From NCBI RefSeq assembly GCF_006345805.1, contig NC_042999.1:113150001-113214000 (forward strand): a DNA stretch of 64,000 bases, written 5' to 3'. This DNA comes from Octopus sinensis. Taxonomy: Eukaryota. Below the pieces are notes generated by a model. That model was not told the origin of the DNA and did no database searches. It saw nothing but the letters and a program-made list of their open reading frames with translations. Shown one piece after another: positions 39,551-52,292 of the stretch. Every line of letters begins with the position of its first letter. Position 1 is the stretch's first letter. The position numbers and the translations under genes are program-made.

Positions 39551-40039
39551 GTGTGAGTGTGTATACATTTCTTTGATTGTACTCTTCTGAAGATAGGGCT
39601 TTGCGCCTGAAATATATAATTTTTTTTCAACTTTCATTGCTGCATTGTTAGAAGCTGTCCTAATTTCCCTTTTCGCTTATTATCCTGTTTCTGTACGACA
39701 ATGCTTCAAGCAAATTACAATGCTGTTATTTCATATGTATGTTATTTGCTGTTCTTAAATATTTATGTATGTATGTATGTATGTATGTATGTATGTATGT
39801 ATGTATGTATGTATGTATGTATGTATGCATGTATGTATGTATATATAAACATATATATATTTATCAGGCGCTAAACTACCTTATCTAATAGCTGTTGTTG
39901 ACGCCGGTAATGAGACAGTTCTCTCTCAAGGAATTGCAATTGCCAGAAGACTTAAGAAGACAGCTGGCGAAGGCTACATTTTCGTTTATGTTCTTTTTGT
40001 CTTTTATATATATTTTTGTCCTTGGTTCCACTTCATTAC

Positions 40040-40360
40040 ACATACACACGCACGCACGTACATACACACGCACGCACACACACACACACACACACGTACG
40101 TACACACATGCACACACGTATACACACACGTACATGCACACACGTACATGCACACACGTACATGCACACACGTACACACACGTACACACACACACGCACC
40201 CATACACATTCACACGCGCACGCACACACATACACATACACACACACGTACGCACACGCACACGCATACACACACGCACACGCATACACATACACACACA
40301 CGTACACACACACGTATACACAGACGTACACACATATACACACACACGTATACACACAAA
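40040..40360. repeat. Degenerate (CA)/(CGTA) microsatellite
   Basis: Directly visible. Confidence 0.9.
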
Positions 40361-40399
40361 TATGAAGCAACTAGTGTTGGTCTGTTTGCTTCCCTGTAA

Positions 40400-41040
40400 C
40401 TTAGGATGTCGCCAAAAAGAAGACGATAGAATGACTGCCAGAATTGAATATGTGCAGGTTTCGCTTGATCGATGAAATATTTCAAGGAATGCCCCAACAC
40501 AGCCGGAATCCATTGATTGAATTTAGTAAAAGAAGAAACCGAATGTGTATGCGTGCATATACGCATATATATACGAAACAGTCCTTCCCGCAAAGCTAAT
40601 TAAATAAAATTTGGGATTTTTGCGGAGGGGTAAAAGTGGTAACAAGAACAGGACAGTAAGAATAAAACAAGACAGTAAAAACAATTCAAGTAAAAACAGT
40701 AAAAGACAAGACAAAGAGAATAACACAGTAAAAACAAACGATGAGGGCTGTTAAGCCAAGACGATGGAAAAATTACTCTGAATGCATTAAGGAGACAGCT
40801 TATGAGAGGGACAGAATAGGTGGGAGGAAGGTGTTATAAGTCTAACAGCTGTTTCTGAGACTTGCAGTCCATAATAATGTTGAAAGATTTAGTTCATAAC
40901 AATATGCGGCCGTATGGATGCAATTAGCTTTGGTTAAGATGAGCCTCCGTAATCAGAGTAGAGATCATACTTTTCAAATCGTCAGTTCAATGCTAGAATG
41001 ACTAAATGAGGAGAGCTAGCTGTATTAGCGGTTGGAACAG
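40400..41040 (-). mobile_element. Possible old PLE 3' remnant
   Basis: Weak minus-strand translation TLITEAHL...FNIIMDCKSQKQLL resembles a GIY-YIG C-terminus, followed by a pyrimidine-rich UTR. Confidence 0.3.
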
Positions 41041-41061
41041 TGAAGTTATATATACATGTCT

Positions 41062-41129
<68 letters not shown>

Positions 41130-41380
41130 GTGTCAATGCGTGCATATAGGGACCTTGATATTGAACTTGCTCTCTACATTGCACATTTTTGCTTTGAGTT
41201 CATATCATGGTGATATTGAACTCATTACCTATAGACCTCAGTAATAATAGCAACCATTACTTTCTATCAACTGCACAAAACACAAAAATTCTCATATTGA
41301 AAAAAAAAACAAACAAAAAGATTCCTTCAGCCTAGTAGATAGAATGTATGCATATATATGTATATATATATATATATATA

Positions 41381-42027
41381 TAATTTTAATCCAAACGGGA
41401 AACAAAAAAATACCAACAATGGAACAATTACAGTATTATTATTAATAGGCTCTCAGGAAATGGAAGCAGGGAGATATGACGTTTCGAGCGGAGCTCTTCG
41501 TCGGAAACATAAAGAAGGAAGAGAGAGGAAAGAAAGATCCCAGAGCGGGCAACAGGGAAAGAGAAAAAAGACGACTGGTGTTTACGAGTTGCACATGGTG
41601 AAAGGCGGATGTTTACGAAAACAGTGGTCAGCTTAGCAGACAAGGTCAGTAGTAGTAAGAAAAAGAAGAAGGAGGAAGGGAGGGAGGGGAAGGGGTGGGG
41701 CGTATGTAGCGTGCCAGCGTGTTGAGTAGTAGTGTGGTGTGTGTCCAGTGTCGTGGTGGTATTAATGGCGAGTAGATTGAATGTGTGTAAGAGTAATGTA
41801 TATATTTAAGCAATGTGTGTATATGTGTGCGCGTGTGTGTAACGAAAAAGGGGGGGGGTTAAGGAAAAAGGACTCCAGCTGAGGGGAAGATGGAAGAGTG
41901 GTCCCGCGGAGACGGGCGTGGGAAAACCCAACGACACGCGACGGTCCAGGAACGGGCGGGAGGTCTTGTCGGGTCCAAGAGCGAGGTGCCTGCGGCGCGT
42001 ATGCGTGCGCGAACCGGCGCAAGCGCG
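41381..42027 (-). mobile_element. GC-richer element between (TA)n tracts with variant HHR (PLE-like 3' end)
   Basis: (TA)n on both flanks; CCGACGA-A-GAGC TCC GCTC-GAAAC-GTC on the minus strand about 100 nt from the left end. Confidence 0.6.
41474..41510 (-). ncRNA. Minimal hammerhead-like motif, U4C variant
   Basis: Core CCGACGA, 4-bp stem II, GAAAC-GTC; stem I poorly paired. Confidence 0.45.
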
Positions 42028-42059
<32 letters not shown>

Positions 42060-42080
42060 ATATATATATATATATATATA

Positions 42081-42473
42081 ATTTACAATATAAGGGCAAA
42101 GAAAAATTCTAATGCCAAATATGCCGAAAAAAGACAAAAATTGTCAATTAACCATTATAATTTATGCGTCTCGAAACAAACCGATAGAAATTTCTAAAAA
42201 ATTCGTTATTACCGTATTGGACCAATTTCGGAGTTAATTCATAAGAATTTTCTCCTCTTCAGCGGCAAATACGGCTATCAGTTTGTTTCGAGACGCATAA
42301 ATTATAATGGTTAATTGACAATTTTTGTCTTTTTTTCGGCATATTTGGCATTAGAATTTTTCTTTTGCCCTTATATTGTAAACTATTTATAAATTTAACC
42401 TTTAAAGGTATTTTTTGATATGCTGGCCATTGATGAAAGTTTTTTCCCGAAAAAAAATTTATCCTACATTAGT
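42081..42473. mobile_element. Fold-back HHR element in (TA)n
   Basis: Inverted arms 42082-42187 / 42275-42382, about 90-nt right extension, HHR in the spacer. Confidence 0.85.
42212..42265 (-). ncRNA. Canonical type I hammerhead motif
   Basis: rc CCG-CTGAAGA-GGAG..CTCC-GAAA-TTG GTC CAA-TA-CGG; all three stems pair. Confidence 0.85.
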
Positions 42474-42506
42474 TATATATATATATATATATATAATATA
42501 TCCATA

Positions 42507-42772
42507 TATTCTTTTACTCTTTTACTTGTTTCAGTCATTTGAGTGTGGCCTTTAGTCGAGCAAATCGACCCCAAGACTTATTCTTTGTAAGCCTAGGAAT
42601 TATTTTATCGGTCTCTTTTGCCGAACCGGTAAGTTACGGGGACGTAAACACACCAGCATCAGTTGTCAAGCGATGTTGAGGCTATAGTAGAAGACACTTG
42701 CCCAAGGTGCCACGCAGTGTGACTGAACCCGGAACCATGTGGTTGGTAAGCAAGCTACTTACCACACAGTCA
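42507..42772 (-). mobile_element. SINE family D with internal deletion
   Basis: Reverse complement of the 39023-39444 head and tail. Confidence 0.85.
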
Positions 42773-43613
42773 GGTACACACACATACATTTACATACATA
42801 TATATATATATATAAATATATACATACATACACATATATATATGTATGTATATATCTATATCTATATCTATATGTATATATACAGACATACATACATATA
42901 TACATATATTATACACATATACATGTACATACAGACACCCACCCACACTCCTTCGCTCCCCCCTCTCTCTCTCTCTCTCAAACATACATATTTATATATG
43001 TATACATATATATGTTCGCTGAAAGATATATAAAAATTCTTATTCACCCTGTATTTTTTAAATGCGAGAGAAAAACTTTAACCGCCCCATTGGAAAAAAT
43101 AATGAAAATAAAAAAAATGAAAATAAAACAAAGACAAAAACAAAAAACACCCCTCCTCCATTTATGTTATTTTTATTTTATATTAAATGGGCTGTTTTAT
43201 TTTCCAGTTGAAGATTAACATTTTTGTAATACTATTTCATCCCTTTAAACTTAACAGTATGCTAATCTCATGTTTGAACACATTGAAGAATTTCTGACAC
43301 AAAGCTAGTGATTCTACGAAAAATTGCTAATGAACCATATTCTTTTAGTACATTCAACACCTAAATTAAGTTTATCATTGAATTTTTCTTATATGAGTCT
43401 ATAATCAGTAATTCTAAAGAGAAGGAAAAAAAGCTTATTTTCTGTTGGTATGTTCAACACCTCCTCTTAAAATGGCTGACCAAATTCACGCTTATTACAA
43501 GCTTTGTAAAGCAGCTAGAAGTTTTCTGTCTTCTTTCAAGAGGCCTGAAAGTATATAGCAGGAGATTTTGCAGTGTTTGAGTGTGAAAGTGTGAATGAGT
43601 TAAACCACGCCGA

Positions 43614-43885
<272 letters not shown>

Positions 43886-44802
43886 GTATGTAGCACATGC
43901 ATATATATACGTGCATATACACACACATCTTTATACGTTGACATACATGCATAAATACATGAATAATTATATATGTATATATGTTTATATACATACATCT
44001 GACGGTATTACTATAAAATGTATAAATATGCATGTGTATATATGTGAGTATAAATTATACATTCACATGAATTTTCAATTGATTTTCATCTATGATTTTC
44101 TTTTTCTTTCGTAAAATCCAGCTGAATTTCACAGAAAATTACGAAACGAGATCATAAGTAACTGGATGATTTGTATGAACAATCTCTTTCAAATATTTTT
44201 ATCAATAAAATATATTCATTATCTGTCTTAAATACAACAGAAAATAGAAAGATTTAAAAAAGAACAAAAAAAAGCACAATTTTATAGTTTTCTCAACATG
44301 TTTATGTTTGCTGATTAGTTAAATACACGGTTTTCAATTGTGATAACTTTTGATCATACAAAACCTTCCATAAAATACGAAATCTGATGACGGTAACTGA
44401 AAGATAGTAGGGTTCCAGCTGCTTTTTCTAGCGGGTGATGTGATCACATAGATGCACTGTCGTATGAATAAAAGATGAAACGATCATGGTTGCAATGCAT
44501 TTGAGAATAAGTCTGATCGATCACGTTCTTTAATGTCTTCGTAACTTATTGGCTTTTGCCCCCAAGAACTATCTTAGCACAGCTTTCTCTATTCAGATAA
44601 TCTCACCGTTATTGATTTGTAACTATCCAGTATGATGAAGATTCAGATCTTGAGCCGGACAGTCGATAAATCATGTCTCACGTGGCAATGAATCCTTTTT
44701 CCAGACATACCAAGTTCTTTTGCAGTAGTTATCTTACAGTCTAGGGCACATTTTAGCCCTGATATGGAATACCTATAATGTAAAGCATTCCAGTCGCAAT
44801 CG

Positions 44803-45203
44803 ACAATGCACGTACCGAGGAACAATGCACGTACTGAAGAACAATGCACGTACCGAGGAACAATGCACGTACCGAGGAACAATGCACGTACCTAGGAATA
44901 ATGCACGTACCGAGGAACAATACACGTACCGAGAAACAATGCAAGTACCAAGGAACAATGCACGTACCGAGGAACAATGCACGTACCGAGAAACAATGCA
45001 CGTAGCGAGAAACAATGCAAGTACCAAGGAACAATGCACGCACCGAGAAACAATGCACGTACCGAGGAACAATCCACATATCGAGAAACAATGCAAGTAC
45101 CAAGGAACAATGCACGTACCGAGGAACAATGCACGTACCGAGAAACAATGCAAGTACCAAGGAACAATGCACGTACCGTGGAACAATGCACGTATCGAGG
45201 AAT
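44803..45203. repeat. 19-bp minisatellite, 21 units (ACAATGCACGTACCGAGGA)
   Basis: Head-to-tail units counted directly; no spacers. Confidence 0.95.
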
Positions 45204-45418
45204 ACATTATGTTATAAATCGTTTCTCAAATGAAGAGGACTTGTTTTTATTTCAGTAAAGGGAAACTGAAAGGTTATAACGTCCGTAATTTACTCAGAAG
45301 GGTGTATATGAGGCCAGTTAGCATCAACTAGGAATAAAAACTGGATTGTGGCTACAGGTGAGTATGAGCTCATTTTTTTTGTTTTATGACACTCACTATG
45401 GCTCCCACCTCCATAAAA

Positions 45419-45553
45419 CATTCAAGTAAAATATCTATTGTTATCATAGACACAAGTTATCAAATTTCTAGGTGTACAGCCAATTATACCTACTGTACAC
45501 CTAGAAATTTGATAACTTGTGTCTATGATAACAATAGATATTTTACTTGAATG
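45419..45553. repeat. Perfect 61-bp inverted repeat with 13-nt loop
   Basis: 45419-45479 is the exact reverse complement of 45493-45553. Confidence 0.95.
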
Positions 45554-45837
45554 GTACTTTCATTGTTTCTCGGTACGTAGTACTTGGTTGGTACTTTATT
45601 TTATCGTCCTAGGAAGGATAAACAGGAAAAATTGATATTGGCGAAATTTGAAGTGAAAATATAAAGGACTGTGATAAGTAAAGTATTTTTTCTATCCTTC
45701 ACCCCATCCGCTGCTCACAAAAAAACAAAATGTCAAAGTCTCAGTTTTAGAGGATGGGATATAGATAAAAAAAGTCGATAATATCCTTTCCTGAACACCC
45801 GAACCAATCACTATTCCATGCGACTTCAGAAGTCACT

Positions 45838-46025
45838 TGACATAGTGGCCAGGGTGTTGGGCTCATGAATGGAAAGTTGTGTATTAGATTCCTAGACAGT
45901 ATGACATGTTGTGTCATTGACTAAAGCACTTTACTTTCCGCTGCTCCAGTTCACTCAACTGAAAATTAGTACCAAAAGTAGTTACTGGAGATTAACATTG
46001 TGATGAATTGGCATCCTGTCCCGGG
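45838..46025 (+). mobile_element. Diverged CORE-type SINE
   Basis: TGTTGTGTCATTGACTAAAGCACTTTACTTTCCGCTGCTCCAGTTCACTCAACTG matches the family B core. Confidence 0.7.
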
Positions 46026-48029
46026 TGGAGCGGTATCTTTAGAGATGAGTAATTGCTAGCCAATTCTCCATTTTGCTTTGTAAAGGCTATCATGGTAGTT
46101 CATGTTACTTAAGTGGTCCCGACTTGAGAAGATGATATCAACCCCAGCACTTCATCACTATTCTAGTTTTTCAAACCCGGAAAGATCAAAAGCAAATCGA
46201 CCACCACAATCAGGTAATATTGATGTTAATAAAAGCATGAGACCACACATTTAACAGAGAGCGGATGTGATATGATGTAATATATTTTCCAGGGGAGTGA
46301 GTTGGTAGTCTAGTGAAGAAGTGTACCTTTATTCCAGAAATAAAAGAAAATATTGGGTCGTGAATTAGACGTCTCAGAATCACGTTTCTCTCACCAGGGT
46401 AATCTAAATTTCCGGTACGATCAAGTAAATATGTGGTTGTCACGGACAAAAGCCGTCGAAAGTTATATCGAATATTCATAATAGAGTAACAGTTGATGAG
46501 ATGATCAGAACTTGTGATATTGAACCAAACAAACTATGATAGCTCTTTTTGAACATTCAACACACACCCCGTCGTATTTATGATACAATGTTTATTTATC
46601 TGTAATCAATTATGCTTGTCCCAGCAACAAGTGATTTCTCTGTATTGATTAAAAATAAAAGCGGCTTTAGTCCTTAGATAAATTCACCTGTCATGAAGGT
46701 GTAATGTGCTGTTGCTAGATTACTTAAAATGGAAAATTCTCTTATTTGTATAATAGATCAAAATTCAAAAGATTTTATAACCGAATACAAATAATAGAGA
46801 AAGATGAAACTAAGACAACTACGAAGTGGTTGTTATTGGCAGAATATATCAAAACTGTTGTAAAGTACTTTATGTAGTCTGTAAATGATACAAGTGGAAT
46901 GAAGTAAAACCAAATGAGCATCGAATTATTTAAAGGATGAATTTGAATGTCTTTTTTTTATATAGAAAATAAGATAATGCCTCTTATTTTTACACAAAAG
47001 AACTCACTATTTTAGAGATTTATTAAGGTCTTGTTTAAAATCAAACAAGGTCACATCTTCTCATAGCAGATAATCAATAGGAATATTGGGTATTTAATAG
47101 GAATATTGAATGTCGTTAAAATGATTTTTACATAAGAAATATAGTATACAGGGTTACGAGTACTTTAACATTGGAATGACAATAACATGGTTGTAAGTAC
47201 AACACAACAAAAAAGGATATCCCGACAGACTAAGTTCGCGACCCTGTATTCCTCCTTGTTGAATCCATTATAATTTTCTCATACCAATAAAATCTTAGAT
47301 GTCGTAACATTTTATTTCGATCCCTTTACATATCAGGAGACTTATTGACTGTAAACCAGCTTGCATCAACTTTTCATTTTGACTTCTTCATGGTCGATAA
47401 AATGGCTACAAGTTAAATTCTTTTATTGGTTTTAGCCCTTCCACAAGTTTGGAATAGTGACAACACTTTTAAAGCTATAGTCAATCACATCAACTACAGT
47501 ATTTATTTTATCGACGTCTTAAAATTTAAAGTTAAAGTGAACCTTGGCAGTCTGTGAACCCATAATGTAAAATAGTGTATCTAAATATACCAATGAATTT
47601 TTCTGTTATCCTACTGATTCTGCCATACGACTTGCCTCTACTCAAGTAAACTCAATCTACGCAATTGAACTAATGCTTAATCATATTAGTAATAAAGTTT
47701 TTTTGATCTCAAAATAGTCTTTGTATATTTGAGTGTATGCATGTGTAAAATGTTGGTTTGTGTGAACATATATAAGTGAGTTAGAATGTTTTTTTTTGTT
47801 TGCCTCAGTGAACGATTGTTTTGTACATGTGTGGGTGTAATTGTGATTATGTTTCTCAGTGAATGTTTAAGTGAGTCTAATTATGTCTATGCACGATCCA
47901 GTGAAGGTTTCTTTGATGACGTCAAGCTGGTTATAACCTTTCCTTTTACAAAGCTCTCTTTTTCTTCCGTCGAAGTTGTTGTTTGTTTGCTTAGAATTTT
48001 CTTTCATTTCTTCCTTCTTATTTATCTAT

Positions 48030-48072
<43 letters not shown>

Positions 48073-48889
48073 TCTCTTCCTCGCAGTCTTCCTGGTTGTT
48101 ATAAGCTTCGCTTGATCCTATCTTTAATATAATGATACAGTGATGATATTAGACGGTAGTTTGTGGTTTAATTGTCAAAGTCTGCAAAACAACTCTCCCG
48201 AAAGAATGATGAGAAAGAGGCAATCAGCCTACAAGGCAAACTTTACGTCAATAAGATGGCGTCAATGTTCATTAGGATTTCGGTATTCATTACAGAGATT
48301 TTATGGAAATAAGAGAAGCACCGGACCGTTCAAGCACAAACACAAATTATCAACAATGTGGATTTTAACAGTAATACAGTTGTTCTACTAGCAATTCCTT
48401 TCATAATTTAATACGGCTTTTCAAAATAGCTATGTTTAAGAAGTAACGTAAGGTAAGGCGTTATTCTCTACCACAAAGATGTAAGCCGTTATTCCCCACC
48501 ACGAGACTGCTTTTATTTCCGGTGGTCGCATGCATAAGGCTAAAAGAAGAAAATTTTGTTCATATGATTGTGTCAATGGAAAAAGTCATCACTTTAATCT
48601 TGGATCTCCAGATTTTAAGGGTAAAATATGGAAGAATATATACACACATACATATATACATATATACATAATTACATACATACATACATACATACATATA
48701 TACATGCATACATAATACACACACATACATATATATCTACATATGTATATGTATATATATAATATATATATCAACAATATGTATGATTAATACACATATA
48801 TATATACACATATATATACGCACACAGATATATATATATATATATACACATTCATACGCATATACACACACAAACACACACACACACAC

Positions 48890-48925
<36 letters not shown>

Positions 48926-49555
48926 GAGAACGTTTATAATTATGAACAAGTCACAGTTATAAGTAAGATAGTTTCAAAAACACTTACATGTTAAAAATAG
49001 CAGCGAAAACTACTTTAAAGGCATTTTATCACTCATATTATTTCTCTTCATGACCAAAACTGTCTTCGGGTGACATGACAAATAGAATCCACAACTTAAA
49101 AATACCTGGTTAATACCCTATTGCAATTTCCACGTTAGGGACCTTTTAAGGGATCCATTCGTCTCGTCAGGAGTAATATTCCTATAGACAGAAATCAAAA
49201 CAAGACTTTACCTCGGGGCTAGCATGAATCCCAACCAATAAGAGGAATGTTTCAACCCGTATCTGCACATTCAAGTTTTGAATCCAAATGTCATGCACAG
49301 CCTTTATGTGAAAAGACCGATAAATTCGAACCACGACAAAATAACCGGTTATGAGTTGGAAAAAAATTAAATAATTAGAAAGTAATGTGATAAAACCTTA
49401 CGAAGAACATATTATAAATAATTAAGATTATTTATGAATATATCAATGGCCAGACAAGTTATCATAAAATACATAGAAGTACGTTTCATAATTATAAGTA
49501 AGAAGGTTTCATAAACCCTTACATGTTTAAAATATAAAAATCATAAAAATATAAA
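48926..49555 (-). mobile_element. Older HHR element abutting (TA)n, with terminal direct repeat
   Basis: ATAAGTAAGA..TTTCA..CTTACATGTT repeated at 48959 and 49494 (period about 535); HHR inside. Confidence 0.6.
49114..49175 (-). ncRNA. Type I hammerhead motif, degenerate
   Basis: rc TACTC-CTGACGA-GACG..CGTG-GAAA-TTGCAA-TA-GGGTA; G-G mismatch at the base of stem II. Confidence 0.65.
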
Positions 49556-49557
49556 AA

Positions 49558-49760
49558 TCCAGCCGTTGAAACTATGCTACCGTGCGGTGCCACGTAAAAG
49601 CACTCAGTCTACGCTGGAAAGCGGTGGCGTTAGGAAGGACATCAAGCCGTTAAAACCATGCCCCCGTGCGGTACCACGTAAAAATACTCAGTAAAAGCAC
49701 GCTGTAAAGTGGTGGCGTTGGGAAGGGCATCCAGCCACAAAAAAATATGCCAAATTAGAC
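49558..49760 (+). repeat. Tandem copies (about 85 bp) of a SINE 3' segment
   Basis: CCGTGCGGTRCCACGTAAAA...GGTGGCGTTRGGAAGGRCATC twice; related minus copy at 52153-52292. Confidence 0.75.
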
Positions 49761-50111
49761 GGATATGTATGTATTAAAGAAAGCAAAAAATAGAAACAAA
49801 AGGCTAAATGGATGTGTATGTGTATAAGAATTCAGCAATCAGTATTTTGGCTACAATGGTTGAAGGTTAAAAGTTCAATTATTTTTGATAATGGTTTGGT
49901 TGAGGTCTTTGTATTTATGTGTATGATTGCATGTATATGTATTTTATTTTGTGGGGAATTGTATACATACGCACACGCGTAAGCGGGTATGTCTGTGTGT
50001 ATAGTGGGAGAGAGAAAGATGGGGAGGTGAGATATAATTTTTTGTCTCTTGTTCGAAAGAGAAAATCTCTTTGCAATCGTACCCATTCAGGTTTTGGACA
50101 AGCACACCACA

Positions 50112-50171
<60 letters not shown>

Positions 50172-50424
50172 GGCTATGGTAGGAGACATTTGGTGTCACA
50201 CACTGGTGCTAAATCCAGAAGCATATGGCTAAGAAACAAAGTTCTTGCCACACAGACAGGACTGTGTCTTAAAACAGAGCTTATAGAAAAAAGAAAATCG
50301 GTAAATATATATCCAGCTTCCCAAAAAAATTCTAATTAATAAAAAAATAATAAATAATAATAATAATGTGTTTTGAATGGCACAACAATGCAATATAATA
50401 ACTGATGTATTTTATCCATAGTCT

Positions 50425-50466
50425 GATATAATATTTCGGAATATAAAAATTCCTTCTTCAGATATC
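50425..50466 (-). ncRNA. Minimal hammerhead motif (left arm)
   Basis: rc GATAT-CTGAAGA-A-GGAA..TTCC-GAAA-TA-TT-ATATC. Confidence 0.7.
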
Positions 50467-50606
50467 TCTAGGGATTTATCGAGTCACTGCTACAATTGGT
50501 TTTCCAACGGATTTTCTCCTCTTTTTCCGGAAGTGTCTCTGCACTGGTCTTACGAGGCTCCTTCCAGAATTCTTCGTAAGAAGTGCGTGAGGGCGGCCAT
50601 ATCTCA

Positions 50607-50885
50607 AGTTCGCGTGTGTATAGACTACAATATAACAAATGCAACAAGTTCTATGTGGTTAGCACAAGACCGTTACACATTCGCATCAAAGAACATCTGA
50701 ACACAAGAGCTTCCTCCTTCAGAAAACATCTAGACAGATGCTGGAACACCAACAAAAGCGCAGTCACAATTGAGGCCAATGAAAGAAATTTGGGCAATCT
50801 AAGAATTAAGGAAACTATTCTCATAGGCAGACTAGGGCCTCAAATTAACAACAGGCTGGATCTTGGCAGTCAATATATTTTCTAG
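50607..50885 (+). pseudogene. PLE GIY-YIG endonuclease fragment
   Basis: VYRLQYNKCNKFYVVSTRPLHIRIKEHL...KHL...LRIKETILI...PQINNR; degenerate GIY-YIG with a CxxC-like insert. Confidence 0.85.
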
Positions 50886-51194
50886 CTACATCTAGATGTA
50901 TGTAGGTTCTTTTTTGGTGACATACTCACGTACTATTTTTTAAAAAAAAGAGAAAAGGAAGGGAAAAAGAAAAGGAAACTGCACGTATAATACATAACTT
51001 AGAAGCAGCGCTACGGATGTGCCAGCACACTCGAGCATGAGACATGGCCGCCGTCACGCACTTCTCACGAAGAATTCTGGAAGGAGCTTTGTGAGACCAG
51101 TGCAGAGACACTTCCGGGGGCGGGGAGGAGAGAACAAAACAACAAAACACCGTTGGAAAACCAATTGTAGCAATGACTCGATCAATTCCTGGGA

Positions 51195-51240
51195 ATATCT
51201 GAAGAAGGAATTTTTATATTGCGAAATATTATATCATATC
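51195..51240 (+). ncRNA. Minimal hammerhead motif (right arm, stem II mutated)
   Basis: ATAT-CTGAAGA-A-GGAA..TTGC-GAAATATTATATC. Confidence 0.55.
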
Positions 51241-52116
51241 AGACTATGGATAATTAAATTACATCAGTTATTATAGTCCATTGCTGTTATTATAGTGCAT
51301 TGTAGTGCCATTCAAAACACATTATTATTATTTATTATTCTTTACAAACAATACACAATGTTTCAAGCGAACTACAATATTCTTTAATTAATAATTATTA
51401 TTAATTTGCATTTTATGCACATCTCTTTTAGCGTAACAACATGCAACAAATAAAAGTTTCTTTGGGGTCTTGTTAATTTTTTTCTTCCGATTTTTGCCAG
51501 AATATTATTAAAACCCGTAGTTTAGATGCAATTTAAATTTATAGTTTAACAACACCCAACTCGATTTCGGTGAGAAATAATGTCTTTTCTTTGTTTTTAT
51601 TTTTTCTTGTACTATCAAGTAATCTCATCTAATATACCGCAAATTACTTTTTTCACCGAAATTGGAAGGTTTGTGTGTGTGTGTGTGTGTGTGTGTGGGG
51701 GGGGGGGGCTCGGAATCTCTCCCTCACCCCGGAGTTATTTTTTCCTCGTTTTTCTTTTTCGTGTGCTATTAACCAGTCTCGGCTCCTAGTATACGGCAAA
51801 GGACTTTTTCTCCTTTGCGGCGTATTAGGAGATCAGGACAGTGGCTGTGTTTTATACCTAATAACAGCTATTTCTAGCATACTAAACAACCACGTTGAGG
51901 ACCGGATATCTTTGGGTTTATTTAAAAGAGAGAAAAAATGCTTTACACAACGGATTCCGATATAATCGTAATCTACACTACCTGAGACGTATATGTGGAA
52001 AATTATCCATATTTCAGAAAGTTACCACACACACACACACACACACACACACACCACAAACACACACAACCCCCCCCCCACACACATATATATACACACA
52101 TAAATATATACATATA

Positions 52117-52149
<33 letters not shown>

Positions 52150-52152
52150 CAT

Positions 52153-52292
52153 ATCATCATCATCATCATTAACGTCCGTTTTCCATGCTGACATGCGTTG
52201 GACGGTTTGACAGGGGCCAACAAGCCAGGGGCTATGTCTGGCACCCGTCTGTTTTGGCATATTGTTTGTGGCTGGATGCCCTTCCTAACGCA
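52153..52292 (-). mobile_element. SINE 3' end with (GAT)n tail
   Basis: rc GCGTTAGGAAGGGCATCCAGCC...CCGTCCAACGCATGTCAGCATGGAAAACGGACGTTAATGATGATG. Confidence 0.75.

Larger units (their letters stand above)
50340..51343 (+). mobile_element. 5'-truncated PLE with GIY-YIG fragment and inverted pseudo-LTR
   Basis: Inverted arms about 50345-50605 / 51040-51343, each with an HHR motif; endonuclease fragment between them. Confidence 0.88.

Noticed and set aside
44383-44415. CTGATGA...GAAA HHR-like string (also CTGACGG...GAAAG near 33178)
   Set aside because: The stems do not pair or the core is incomplete; likely chance.
44803-45203. CRISPR-like array or repeat-protein ORFs
   Set aside because: Units are head-to-tail with no unique spacers and no cas genes; the ORFs in many frames arise from a stop-poor 19-bp unit.
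51058-51103. SECIS element in the PLE 3' UTR
   Set aside because: No AUGA/GA quartet with correct spacing, and no in-frame TGA in the retained ORF fragment.
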